The notes under the pieces: model-generated
Seen by the model: only the letters and a program-made list of their open reading frames with translations
Told to the model about the DNA's origin: nothing
Databases searched by the model: none
In this document: positions 1 through 14,001 of the stretch, piece by piece
Layout of the letters: each line of letters starts with the position of its first letter
Position numbering within the stretch: the stretch's first letter is position 1
Position numbers and translations under genes: made by a program
DNA from: Octopus vulgaris
Lineage: Eukaryota
Direction of reading: 5' to 3'
Assembly: GCA_951406725.2 (NCBI GenBank)
Contig: OX597836.1
Coordinates: 4,092,001 to 4,156,000, forward strand
DNA length: 64,000 nucleotides

Positions 1-895
1 CACACACACGCAAACACACGCACACATGTATATATCTAAATGAATATCCACGCGCGCACCCACATACACACAGTAACACGCACAAACACACACCCACACA
101 CATACACATATATGGATGTATAGAATAGCTTCAATGCGATCTTTATACGATGTTGTTTATCTTCTTCCATTCTGCTCTTAAATATTCTTCACAAGTTTTC
201 CTTTTATATTATCCTGCTTTCATTCTCATCATCCAGACCAATCGTTTCTAATTCCTTTCCTCTTTGATTCACAACTAAACAATAAATTCTCTTCCAAATA
301 GAAAAAACGGTTGCAGATGAAAGAAATACATTTCTTGGTATTTTACAAATATTTCAAAGTGTCATAAACAATTTGTGCGCTGTAAACATTCATCTCCCGG
401 TTTTAGCACAAGCAATTTCCAAGAATTTTGCCAATCCTGAAATGCAAAACTCAGCTGTATAATTCTTGCTATCTCATTATCAGAGATACTTTGATAACCA
501 CAGATGATTTCCTTCAAGAAAAAATGTTTTACGATGCTCGAAATATTTATATATATACATTCATGTCTAATTTCCTTTTTGAACATAGTTATAGCAAAAG
601 TTTATATTTTGCGTGATTTAAAAAAAAAATCTAAATACTGAAAGTAACTGGGTGCGACAGTTCCGTGGCGGCGAAGAAAGTTTAGACGTCCAAAGGTTTG
701 GTATAAGTAGATGCAAAGCTACCAAAAACGGACGCAAACATATGTGTATATATATATATATATATATTTGAGTAGTTGAATGAATTAGCTTATTAAGGAT
801 AATTCGAAAGATAACCGGTACCTGGGTAGCAAATTCACATCAGAGAATAAAGGATATTTGTTAACTAGTCGTTCAACTCCATTCTTTGATATACT

Positions 896-928
<33 letters not shown>

Positions 929-1259
929 ATACATAAATTATTACATATATGAGTAAATACAAAGACACATGTTGTTAGGAATTGAAATGACGATCAAAAC
1001 GGTCGTGAGGACAACAGCCTAAACATTAGGGCATATGTCCTCTCGTATACTTATACACACACACACACACACGCTCACACACATGTATATGCATATACAT
1101 AGACAGTTATATTTTTGTATTTATATGTATGTGTATATAAATATATAAATATATATATATGTATATACATAAAATAATTATATTTTATATATATATATAC
1201 ATATATGTATATATATGTGTGTGTGTGTGTATACATATGCTCGTTAATGTTTATATATT

Positions 1260-1308
<49 letters not shown>

Positions 1309-2057
1309 CTGTGTATCTAGCTATCTCTCTATACACACATACACACACCTATATATATGTGCGTGTATGTATATATACATGTATATGTCTACATGTATAC
1401 GCACACATACCCACGTACATATAAGAAACAAATCATCTGAAAATTATGCGTAATGATTTAAAATATTCACCCCTACATCTGTTTCAATATTTCTTATGCA
1501 ACTCACTAATTGTAGAGTGCATAATAATAACGTGATCAGGGAAGTTTTGAAATACAAATTAGAGAACTCTTTGTACATAAACGTAGCGATATATGTTCAT
1601 AGGGAAGTCCATAAATTTGCATTTACATCACAGTTCTTTGATGTCTCTCAATCTTTTCTCTAGTCCATTGGTTTACTGCCGTTGTAAACTTAGTATTTAT
1701 GAGGCGTGGTTAATTACCCACTCACATTGCTGTAGTCTGAATACCGCAGTGAGTTGCATTATGCACTTTTTGATAGATTTTTTTTATAGCCATATCTATT
1801 TTTTTATATTTCATTTCTTCGTTTCTTCCTCATTATTTCCATACTCTTGTCTCGTTTTCTTTTATTTCGTATATTTTCCTCCTGAAGTTTGAATTTATAT
1901 AAGATAGAATTTCAATTTTGTAATTCCTTTTGAAATATCTTCTAATGATGAGGTTGTGACGTAATACATAATAATTATAAAGCTTCATAAATATTACAAA
2001 AATATATGTTTAAAATATATGTTGTCATATCACGCATATTATTTTCGTTATCAATGT

Positions 2058-2265
2058 GGCGAGATGGCAGAGACGTTAGTTCGCTGGGCGAAATGCTTAG
2101 CGGTTCTTAGCTCAAATTCCGCCGAGGTCCACTTTGCCTTTCATCATTTCGGGGTCGATAAATAAAGTACCTGTTACACAGTGGGGTCGATGTAATCAAC
2201 TTAATTTCTTGGGCTGTCCTTGTTTGTCCCCTCTATGTTTAGCCCCCCAGTAGGCAATAAAGAAA
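2058..2265 (+). mobile_element. tRNA-derived SINE, family A (Nin/Deu-like core)
   Basis: GGCGAGATGGCAGA...CTCAAATTCCGCCGAGGTC..CTTTGCCTTTCATCATTTCGGGGTCGATAAATAAAGTACC; many related copies elsewhere in the window. Confidence 0.75.
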
Positions 2266-3830
2266 TATATTAATGCACCATATTTGCTCTGTTCATGCGC
2301 TAGATTCTGTTCCGCAGGACATGCAATATTGCACATAGATATGTATCGTACAGGTGAACATTGGACTTTAAATCAATGTGCTGCATTGACTGACATCTAA
2401 TAGTCATTTGAGTGTTTGTGCATTTGTATGAGTAAATACAAAGACATATTGTAACTAAACTTGCAAGAAATACCATTCAAGTTTGCCTGAAAGTGACGCT
2501 ACTGTCTCAAATGTGAATATGTATGAGGTGTTATGGTAGCCGTCATGATAAAAGTTGCAAGCAAACTTCTTGATTTATGCCTGTGTCAATGCAGAATTCC
2601 ATTTATAAGGCTTCAGTGTAGTAGCTACAGATGTTAGAAATAAGAGCTAATGCTTCTCGAATCATAGTTTCTGTCTTTGTTATCTAACACAATAACATTA
2701 GCTTAAGATTAATAGAAGAGTCATTGATGTTTCGAGCTTACGCCCTTCTTCAGCAGGGAATGAAGAGAGAAAAGAGATAGGAAACAGAAAAATGAAACGG
2801 AGGGGGAAAAACACCTCTGCATTAGCGGTTTCACAAGTTGAGTTGCATATATATATATATGTGTGTGTGTGTGTGTATGTATATATATACATATATATGC
2901 ATATATACATACACATACACGCACACACGCGCGCACATATATATATATATATGCGCACACATATACACACTTATGCACTTACATATGCATAAATATATAC
3001 ACACATACCTAGATACACGTCCATAAAGATGCATATGGAAGTGAATATATATATATGTCTGACATATTCCCAGTATACATATATAGTTGTATAATATAGG
3101 TGTCTGTGTGTGTGTGTGTGCGTGTGTGTGTGTACCTATGTATCTATGTATATATGTATACTCAGGCATATACCAGCAACACAATTGACTGCTAAAGTTA
3201 TAAAGTTATAACTGAAGTAATTTAAGTAATTGGAAACAATTAGACAAATATAAGAATTAGTTGAATATTTTCCAAGAATTTGTTATAGAAATATCAATCT
3301 AAATTAGATTTGTTGCCGCAATATTAAATACGCCATATTGAAGCGTGACAAAGTCGTCAATGTTATATCTAAATGAATTATTGGATCGTAATTACTCCAG
3401 CGCCATTTCGGGGTCTGTTGCTCGATATATACCCAGCAGGACCTACGTAGAGGAGTGAATGAAATTGTTTGAGCGAGGAGCTAGTGTGAATAACAATATG
3501 ACGATGATGATGATGATGATGATAATCATGACGGATGATGATATGCACGATGAAGAAGATGATGATGATGATGTGGATGGTAATGATGAGGAGGAGAAAA
3601 GGGGAAGACGGCAACGACTATGAGGACGAGGAGATATTGGTATATTTGCCTCTTGTATGTCTATGTGCTTGAGGTTGATTTGATTGCATGTGTGTGCATA
3701 TATATACATATATATATATAGATATATGTATATATATATACATGCATACTTATATATGTGTATATGTATACATATATATATATATATATATATATATGTA
3801 TACGTATCTATACATATATATGTATATGTA

Positions 3831-3873
<43 letters not shown>

Positions 3874-3875
3874 TA

Positions 3876-3965
<90 letters not shown>

Positions 3966-4189
3966 CAGACTGTGATTTGCAAATTGTCACTGTTTTATAT
4001 ATTTCATTTCGCGCACGTCCATTGTTATTTTATTTTTGTCGACTACACAGTATAGTAGGGTCAGTCGGGTACCGTTTGTAATAAAGCAGCATCATAACGC
4101 AATTTACTCTGCTAGAAAATTTGCAAACGACATCCTGTGCTGGAAGCTCCGATATGAATATTTCAGTGTGTTTAAGTGTCAATCTGAAG

Positions 4190-4700
4190 GACATGTTCCG
4201 AGAGTGATAAAAATCAACATCCAGATAACATCCTGGTGTTTGGAGTGATCACTAGTGATGCCGACCTTATGTTTCTATTGATCTCCTCACACGGCCTCAG
4301 ATTCAACACGGCGGCCTACATCAAATGCCTGGAGGAGGTAGAGCTTGTCTGGGTGGTGAAGAAAGTGGCTGCTGGAAGACTCTATGTCTGACAACAGGAC
4401 TCTGCACCATGCCACACAAGCAGGAGAACCCAGTCATGGCTGTCTGACAATTTCTGCGACCAGATTACCCTTAATATTTCGCCAGCTAACTCAACAAACT
4501 GCAACCCTCTTGGTTTTTATGTGTGGGGCGCAGTTGAACGAGAGACCAACAAAATCCCTAGTAACACCAAAGATGAACTGAAGGCAAGAATTATGGCATC
4601 ATTCGCAAACTTAAACAAGTAGACGTCCAGAAGAGTTTCAGAATATTCCGAGGTCGTCTGCAGGGCGTGGTTGAAGCCAATGGTGACTTTATTGAATAAA
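4190..4700 (+). mobile_element. Decayed Tc1/mariner-superfamily transposase C-terminus, DD37D (maT)-like
   Basis: Manual translation gives VFGVITSD...QQDSAPCHTSRRTQSWLSDNFCD...CNPL(G)FYVWGAVERETNK...VVEANGDFIE*. There are 37 residues between the second D and the position of the third acidic residue; stops and frameshifts are present. Confidence 0.8.
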
Positions 4701-5592
4701 TCTACTTTGTAGGATTTCAAAGTATTTTATGAAATCTTGGTAAATATATCTGTGTAAAAAATCAATGAAAAAGAACAACATTAAACTGCAGAGATATGTG
4801 ATGTGCAGATATATTTAGAAAAGATTTACAAATATATTTTATTTGTTAGAAGATAAACTCATATTGCAGCAAGAAATTCAAACCTGTGAAGCGGTGTCCT
4901 TTAGACGACAAAACGGAAAGGACCGTTAACATGAAATGCAATATCGTAATAATCACATCATTAGTTATTCCTCAGCATGGTCACATCTCTGGGCTGAAAT
5001 TATAGAAACATGAAACCGTAATTTGAATGACAAGAAATTAAACGTGTTTAGAGAAATATTTTAAACGGCTCAGAAACATAACAATTGAAAGGGATATTTC
5101 ATTTAAGAACATTTTTTATATTATTCTGTAATCAATAAAAGACGTTTTTTTAAACTGCTTCGAAACGCTATATAATGAAATGAAAACAATATGCTCTTGG
5201 CAGAAATACTTATGATCATGGTCTCTTTTAACGAAGAGAGGATTGACCTATGATAAACAACAAAGACCATTAGAAATTGATTTCTGTTGGCAGAGCAAAA
5301 CAGTCTTTCTTGACAAGTGTGTAGACTGAGCTAACCTTTGCTGTATGCATGAAATTAAATACAGATCTGCGTATAATGGACATGTCAGCTTCCAACAGCA
5401 TGACAACAACGTGGCTTTGAATGATCTCGTTTACGCTTATAAACGGTATAATGGGCAGTCACAATTTATATATATATATAAATTAGAGATGAAACCACTA
5501 TTAGGGAAATCAAACAGTGAAAGACAAACCAAAACATAAAAATAAATCTAATTTATATAATATACAAAATAAATGAAATATATACATACATA

Positions 5593-5631
<39 letters not shown>

Positions 5632-5643
5632 ATATATATATTT

Positions 5644-5675
<32 letters not shown>

Positions 5676-5691
5676 TATATATATATACATA

Positions 5692-5744
<53 letters not shown>

Positions 5745-5749
<5 letters not shown>

Positions 5750-6064
5750 TATAAATATATATACACGGAGAGAAGACCCTTGGTAAGACTCCTTACATGC
5801 TAAGAAGGGCAAAGGAATTCTTAAATCACGCTGCTAATAGGAACTAGAGTGAATAAAAAATTTGCTATTAATGATCAAATAAATTAATTTAGTACCTGTA
5901 GGATTACAAAAGAATGCATAATTATGTAGGTGTAATACGTACCGAAAACACGAGACAAACACAAAGCGCAACACAGCTCCAGCTTTATACATTATGGATT
6001 CAAAATTACCTTGTAAGAAGTCCTGTCAGGGGTCTTCTCTCCGCGTATAGAACTTTATACACCC
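5745..6064. mobile_element. MITE-like element with imperfect terminal inverted repeats
   Basis: TACACGGAGAGAAGACCCTTGGTAAGACTCCTTACA (5762-5797) is the imperfect reverse complement of TGTAAGAAGTCCTGTCAGGGGTCTTCTCTCCGCGTA (6012-6047); adjacent to (TA)n. Confidence 0.6.
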
Positions 6065-6153
6065 TTTTATAGAAAATTTTGTCTTAAGACTTTTATTAAG
6101 CATGCGAACCACTGATAGTAAATTATTTAATTTTTTTACCCTTATTATTATGC

Positions 6154-6199
<46 letters not shown>

Positions 6200-6933
6200 A
6201 TATGCATTTGTGTTGGCTTCTATCCGTGTGCTTATGTATTACGACCTCTTCCGTCATCTAACGACGAGGAGGGGTTTGTTTATAGAGATCAAACTTTCCT
6301 TTCCGCCCTCAAATCGACACTGTCTGAACATTACACAAGTCAGATGTCGAAATGATCACAGACAAACGAGAAAGTGTTTTACTGAAGAACACAACACAGT
6401 GCTTGATCTGTGAATCGAAACCACCACCTCCTGATCTTGAATTCGTCTTTGTGTGTGTACCTAGTACATCTAGCGTATCTATGCGCAACACAGTATAAAT
6501 CATGACAACCGAAATAAGACGACTATTGCAAAGCCTTGCTGTGCGTTAAATAATAACGTAACTCACTTTGGTGAGCAGAAATCATAGTGAGGAACTATCG
6601 CCACGGACAGTGAGCAGTTTGCCCACCAATCTACACAGAAAACTTACACGATAATTGTTGCCAATCAACAATATACACAAATTGTTTATAAAGTAGTCAT
6701 AAATTATGCTATCACCGTGCTAGAGTGCCCAATCCCTATATATTTGTGCTTTTTGGCTGTGCGTCTTGGAAACTACAATGTTTTGCAAATCAGAATACAC
6801 TGTAAATTACAAGAATTGAAATCAATTCAAATTTTAATGCCACATTGTAGATTATATAGAATATAATCCCAATTTCTTGGTGAACAGTTGATTATCTTTA
6901 ATAACGCTAATCTATCTTCCTAACCTTAAAACG

Positions 6934-7007
<74 letters not shown>

Positions 7008-8019
7008 GTCTACCTATCTTTTTATCTATATATCAATCTACCATTCTCTTCCTCACTACCCATCTTTATTATATATGTATGTTTGTGAAACATTGATTTC
7101 AAGTATTATCAGATACAGAACTCAATATAATTCGGAGATATAATTATAGATTTTCTTCTGCTTTTTTTTCGTGTTTTTTTTTTATATATATATTCACAAG
7201 AACTGCGCCAGTTACTAATGACAGAATTTTGCGTCTGGCAGATTGTATCAGCAAAGAGATAAGCCAATGGAGACGCAGCTTTATTGGGTTGATCGAAAAT
7301 TCAACCGTCTCCAACACCAACAAACACTTACATACTTTCATATTTACATACAAGCATACATAGATAATTGCACACACACATATACAAATACGTATATACA
7401 TGCATAATACATATATAGACGCTTACACACATACACACATGCTATATATGTACACACATTAATATACCATATATATATATATATATGCACATATGTACAC
7501 AAGCATACATATAACCATATACAGGAAGAGATAATATTACATAATACATTATATATATGTATATATATGTATTTATATTTATATACATATATATATATAT
7601 ATGTATATATACGAATTTATATTTATATACATATATATGTATGTTTATATATATAAATTTATATATATGTATGCATATGTATATACACATTTATTAATGT
7701 TTGTTTATATGTTCAAATGGAATAAAAAAAAAACAATTTTACATTAATATGTAGGTTTGCTGCATACTTTTGTAAAGTACAAAGTCAATATTTTAAAGCA
7801 AGAATATCACTGACTGTGACCTTGATGTTTCGGCCTGCGATGCCATACACAGCGGTAGATGGGTGAAAAGAGATATAAGGAAAGCATTTGGCAATATTTA
7901 AAAAAATCTTTATATTTCGGATACAATTGCCAGTCGTCAGAAGAGTGAATGGGTAAAGACCCTTGCCGGGCATGAATGACAATGAATTTTAACCTCCCAG
8001 GCACCAATCCGCGCAAGGT

Positions 8020-8270
8020 TGTTTATAGAAGACTAGTAGTCACCCATACATATCAACCAGGCACACAACAGCGGCTGCCAAGCGGCAAAGAGACATACAA
8101 ACACACCCCACCCACATTTATCTTTCAGTTACGGTCTACCAAATACACTCATAAATCATTGCTCGGACCAGGGCTGTAATAAAAGACACTCTCCAATGAT
8201 ACCGCGCAGTGGGACCCAACATGAAAAACCTTTGTTTGCACAGTGAGTCTTTTAACCACCCGACCATTCC
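8020..8270 (-). mobile_element. Degenerate SINE, family B
   Basis: Diverged match to the family B copies (TTTCAGTT..GTCTACCAAAT..ACTCATAA...GCAGTGGGAC). Confidence 0.55.
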
Positions 8271-8376
8271 TGGGCTTATTATACATACGTACATACTTAC
8301 ATACATACAGACATATATACATCCATCCATCCATACTTACAGACATACATATATATATATGTGTGTGTGAGTGTAC

Positions 8377-8430
<54 letters not shown>

Positions 8431-8989
8431 GTACATATATACATACATATATATACACAGACACACACAAATATATTGATATATACATTCATACATACAC
8501 AAATATATATCTATATATATATATATACATATATACATACACATACATATATGCAATCATACACGCATTCATACATACGGACAGTCATATATATACATAT
8601 GTGTGTACATATATTCACATGCCTGTGTATGTGTGAGTATGTATGTACTTGTGTATATATCGATATATGCATTTATTCAATAACGTACGCATATGTGCAA
8701 GTGCGAGTGTGTTGGGGGTGGGCGTGTGTTTAGGTGTTCGTTTCATATTGAAATACCGACGACGCAGTAGTTTTTATCTGTTATATCAAAGTTTTCGTCA
8801 AGTTTGGATATTTTGTTGAAATACAAAAAAAAACTTGATAAAAATAAGATATAGCGAGAAAACAGCCCTGTTTTCAATACACCTGTAAAGGAATAGCGAC
8901 TGAGAGATGGGGAGGGGGGATAAAGGGAAGGAGAGAGAAAGAAAGGAAGATAGGGCACAAAGAGAGAGAGAGAGAGAGAAGAATATGCA

Positions 8990-9036
<47 letters not shown>

Positions 9037-9589
9037 GTAGTGTAGGATACTATAAGTCTTTATAAAGATGATGATGATATCACTAACAATAACAATCTTA
9101 ATAAGAATAATATTATGAAGAATGTATATATCTATGTATAAATAACATACATATATATATAAAGCGACAGAGAGGGCGATAAGGTATTAGTACACATGCA
9201 AGAACACACACATACTTACGCAAGTACATACACTACATACACACACACACACATATATATATATACTTATATAGATTTGTATATCTGTGTGTGAATGTGT
9301 ATGTATACATAAAACCTTTTCATGTCTGCCGCATGATTCTTAATCAGACACTCAAAAACACATACTTCACTGACAGAAATATATATATACATACATATAT
9401 ATATATATATCACACAAACACATACATACATACATAAAGGTATACATGAAAATACGTACATAAATAGATATGTGTTTACGTATATATACTTGATATATAT
9501 ATGTGACTATGTATCTGTACGTGAATCTATATCAACGTATATATATATACATATATATATATATGGATATAAATGTATGTATGTATGTA

Positions 9590-10050
<461 letters not shown>

Positions 10051-10551
10051 TATGTCTAAAAAAACACACACATACACACAGACGCGCGCATATGTACACA
10101 CACACATACACACACACACACACACACATATATATATTCGCACCAACACAGATTCACGTATACACATCAACACGAACTTGCATATATATATATATACATA
10201 CATATATATATATATATATCTGTATGTATTATGTATGCGTATTATTCTGGTTCTTGTGCGTGTTTACAAGGAATTCGTGTCCTACTCATTATATCAGAAG
10301 TACTTAGAAATGTCAAGTTTATGAAAGAAGCGACACTCGTAAACCTATCTTAGCCTGTCTTCTTCCTTGCAAAAGCTGACGTTCTAAAGTGTATTGGCTT
10401 CGGGGAGAACGCTATTGAACATCACATCTCTAAGTGCGTAGACTTTCTTAAACAGATGTAGGCATGTGTGCGCATGCGTATGTTTGTAAATATACATACA
10501 TAAATATATACATATATATATATATATTTATATGTATATACATATATATAA

Positions 10552-10620
<69 letters not shown>

Positions 10621-11991
10621 TATATATTTCTATGTATATGCATATATATATATGCACATACAATCACAAGTATATGGCGCTTAGTGTAATGCAAAATATC
10701 TTCTCGAACGTAACTCAGTGAATGGAATCAAATTCTATAGAAATCTCGCAGTCTATGTATCGTAAGTATATGCAATAAATCCGGTTTGTAATATATATAT
10801 ATACATGTATATGTATATATGTACGTACCTACTTACGTATGTATGCATGTACGTATGTATCTATGCTTGAATTCATGTATGCAAATGTACGTTTGTATGC
10901 TTCATTTCATGTATGTAAATGTATGTTTGTGTGAATGTATGCATGGTTGAGTCATCTCGTTTTATTTTGAAAATTTAGTGTCAATAGAGAAGGAGCTAGT
11001 TTGTCTTCAATGAAGAAGGTCCTTATAGAATTTCGACATCAAATAGTCGGTCGTGTACTTCTCTATAAGCATTATGTATGTATGTATGTATGTATGTATG
11101 TATGTATGTATGTATGTATGTATGAATGTATGTGCGTGTGTATGTATGCATCTATGTATGTATTTTTCCATGTGTGTGTATATGTGTTCGGATGTATCAC
11201 CTTGTTTCAACTTTGAAAATCTATCCTCAATATATAGAGAGAGGTAGTTTCTCACTTGCGAAAAAGTCCGTTATAGAATTTGGACAACATCAATTACATG
11301 ATTCTGCATGTGTTTTTGTATACATGTGAATATATATACATGTATACATGCATATATGTATGCATTCATGCAAGTGTTTATACATCTGAGCATATGCCGT
11401 CGTTTGTACCAATCTGTGTTATAAGTCCTGTGTGTGCATACATTCATATATACGACTACACTTGTGTATAGGAATGTATCAGAGGTGAATGTTCCGATAA
11501 GATTTGCATCTTTTCTTAATATCTTTTGATATTTTCCAAATGTAATCTTCTAATTGCCTCATTTCGTTTCCACTTTTGTGAAACCTGTCTTCCAAAGTTT
11601 GGTGCTAAATCAATTAGTAAAACCTCTCAGGAATTACAGGTATAAATCCTATACTAAAACCTGGAATCTCTGCAAAGCTGTCTGCAAATTTCTCATTATA
11701 TCGACATTTTCTTTTCCATTAATCTTCCTCGTTATGCTTCCTCATTATGCTTTCTCATTATACTTGATTTCCGCAAAAGTGCACGCTTTATTTTCCTCCC
11801 ATTGCAGATCATTATAACCGGGACTGCTTTGTCGACATTTTATTTCATATTCCACGTGTATTGTTTTATATATTATTATATCCAAATTGCTGAGTTTTTA
11901 TGCTTTGCGGTGTAAGATTTCTTGCATATGAACTGGGACCTGTGAAGCTGATGCTACTGTAATGACAATTAAAGCTGGTACTTATAATATA

Positions 11992-12131
11992 CGAGGGGGT
12001 TTATGAGAAGTCTTGAGCCTCATAAAACAAAAATAAAAATAAAAATAAAAATGGTACCAGACTTCTGATGAAGTTTCAAGACTTCAAGGCTCAAAGGTCT
12101 TGAAGGCCCGAAACCTTTCACACACCCCTCG
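11992..12131. mobile_element. Mariner-type MITE with TA target-site duplication
   Basis: TA|CGAGGGGGTTTATGAGAAGTCTTGAGCCT ... AGGCCCGAAACCTTTCACACACCCCTCG|TA; ~28 bp imperfect TIRs. Confidence 0.7.
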
Positions 12132-13273
12132 TACATGTCATTGTTCGTTGTTAATTACACAGCGTCGGATCGAAGCGTATACTTGCATCCTTATGTCCTT
12201 CGTACATCAGGTATTTTACTATTATATCCGTTTCCGGTCTGTAAAGGCAAACTCTTTTATATAACTGCTTTCGAGTCATATGAGACTTTTTGCTCGTCTC
12301 TGTTTCTGTGATTACGAACCTTTCTGGCAACATAGTCATTAACATCCTTCTTTTGATAAACATATTTTATATGTGTAGATTTTTTTTGGTAGATTACTGT
12401 AACTTCTTCAAGCTAGTAAACCTCGTCATCAGGTCTTAGAATACTTTTTTGAAATGCTTCTTTTTAGAGACTCCCATGATGCCATTTAAGTGATGTATGC
12501 ATCCTTGCTCTATAGATGAGCTTCGTCCGAGATATATAATTCAATCTTTAGCATTTGTGTGAATTACTGATAAACCTCTGCCTTGTTCATTTCTTTTTCG
12601 GTAAAGGCGGCCCAGTACTGATATGGAAATTTCTAATCGTAATTAATATAATTGAGTTTTAACATTAATAAACATGACCTGATCCAGTATTCAAATGGAG
12701 AGTTCAAATATTGTAACGGGAGTTGGAACATCGAGCGTATGAACGGTCATTGATTTTTGTTATAAGCAGAGAAAGCAGGGGGGAATTTCGATGATCTTAG
12801 AGATGCATCTATATTCCCTGATTCATCTCTTTATCTGTAGAATTGCTAAAAGTCATCGAAGAATAGTTGGGACAAGGGAAGAGTTTTTTTTCCACTAAAA
12901 TGTAGAATTAAAATTTTCTCTCGCTTTACAATTACATAAGGATATTTTTCATGGTTGAGCTGAGTTCGCCTACCCTTTTAAAATCTAGTGGCCATCTCCT
13001 CTTTATATTATTCAGATTGTTCAGTAATTTCAGGTCTTTCACAAAGAAGCTATATCTCAAGCTATTGTTTCCGTGTTCCTCTAAATTAGTCTTTGAGAAG
13101 TAAATATTCCAAAATGTTGCCGTCCTAGGTGAGAAGTTATATTAATCTTCTATTTTATATATATATATATATATATATATGTATAAGGGTGAAAAGGAAC
13201 ACACGAGTTGATATATATATGAAAAAACAAGTAAAAAATAGAAAATGCTAAAATAATTTTATAGTGAACATTT

Positions 13274-13311
13274 CAGTACCGGTTTCGGTCATTTTGAGAC
13301 CTTTTCAACTG
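13274..13311 (-). ncRNA. Minimal type I hammerhead ribozyme, U3:A8 variant (left arm copy)
   Basis: Mirror of 20413-20450. Confidence 0.65.
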
Positions 13312-13641
13312 TAACGATTAAATAATTAAATTTAGAAAAATTAGAAGAAAAGTTTTTTTAAAAGAATATTTCTATAGTAGTGTTCAGATTTAAGTGGCAT
13401 TCTGCCTTTCTCTGACTCCCTTGTTTGCACTTGTGTGTTCGAGGTAGTTGTGAGTTCTTGGTAGGGTAGTAGAGGGAAGGCTGGTGAGGAAAGGGGGTGG
13501 GAGAATCTGGGAGTGCCCTGATGGTCGTATTTTGAATGGTCAGTGGCGGCTGGCAGTCTCAGTTCAATTCAGGATTGTTTATAGAATTAGCGTAGGTGTT
13601 ATACTAAAAAACATTAGTGACAAACTTAAGGGGTAGGGGGT

Positions 13642-13870
13642 GGAGAAGAAGAAGGAGAAGAAGAAGAAGAAGGAGAAGGAGAAGATGATGGTGATGGTGG
13701 TGATGATTATGACGACGATGATGATGATAACGATGATGATGAAGAAGAAGAAGAAGAAGAAGAAGAAGAAGAAGAAGGAGGAGAAGGAGAAGATGGTGGT
13801 GATGATGGTGGTGATGATGATGACGCCGATGATGATGATAACGATGATGATGAAGAAGAAGAAGAAGAAA
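13642..13870. repeat. (GAA)n/(GAT)n trinucleotide block in the PLE 3' UTR (left arm)
   Basis: Direct reading; mirror of 19855-20082; source of the poly-K/M ORF at 13640. Confidence 0.9.
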
Positions 13871-14001
13871 AAAACAGAGAAGGGAGAATATGAATGGGTG
13901 TAAATATAGCTATGAAGGGGCTGATTAGTAATGGATTCTATGGAGTGTAGTATTTGTGTGTGTATATATATTTTTTTCTTTTATTCTAAAGTTGAGGTAT
14001 A

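Noticed and set aside
12065-12120. CTGATGA...hairpin...GAAAC inside the MITE
   Set aside because: No stem I or III pairing, stem II is not closed next to the core, and GAAAC is part of the TIR
12400-13140. Possible decayed RT-element fragment on the minus strand (RLYRKRNEQGRG-like stretch) and a CTGATGA near 12426
   Set aside because: A single weak motif, and no GAAA partner for the hammerhead; not enough to call
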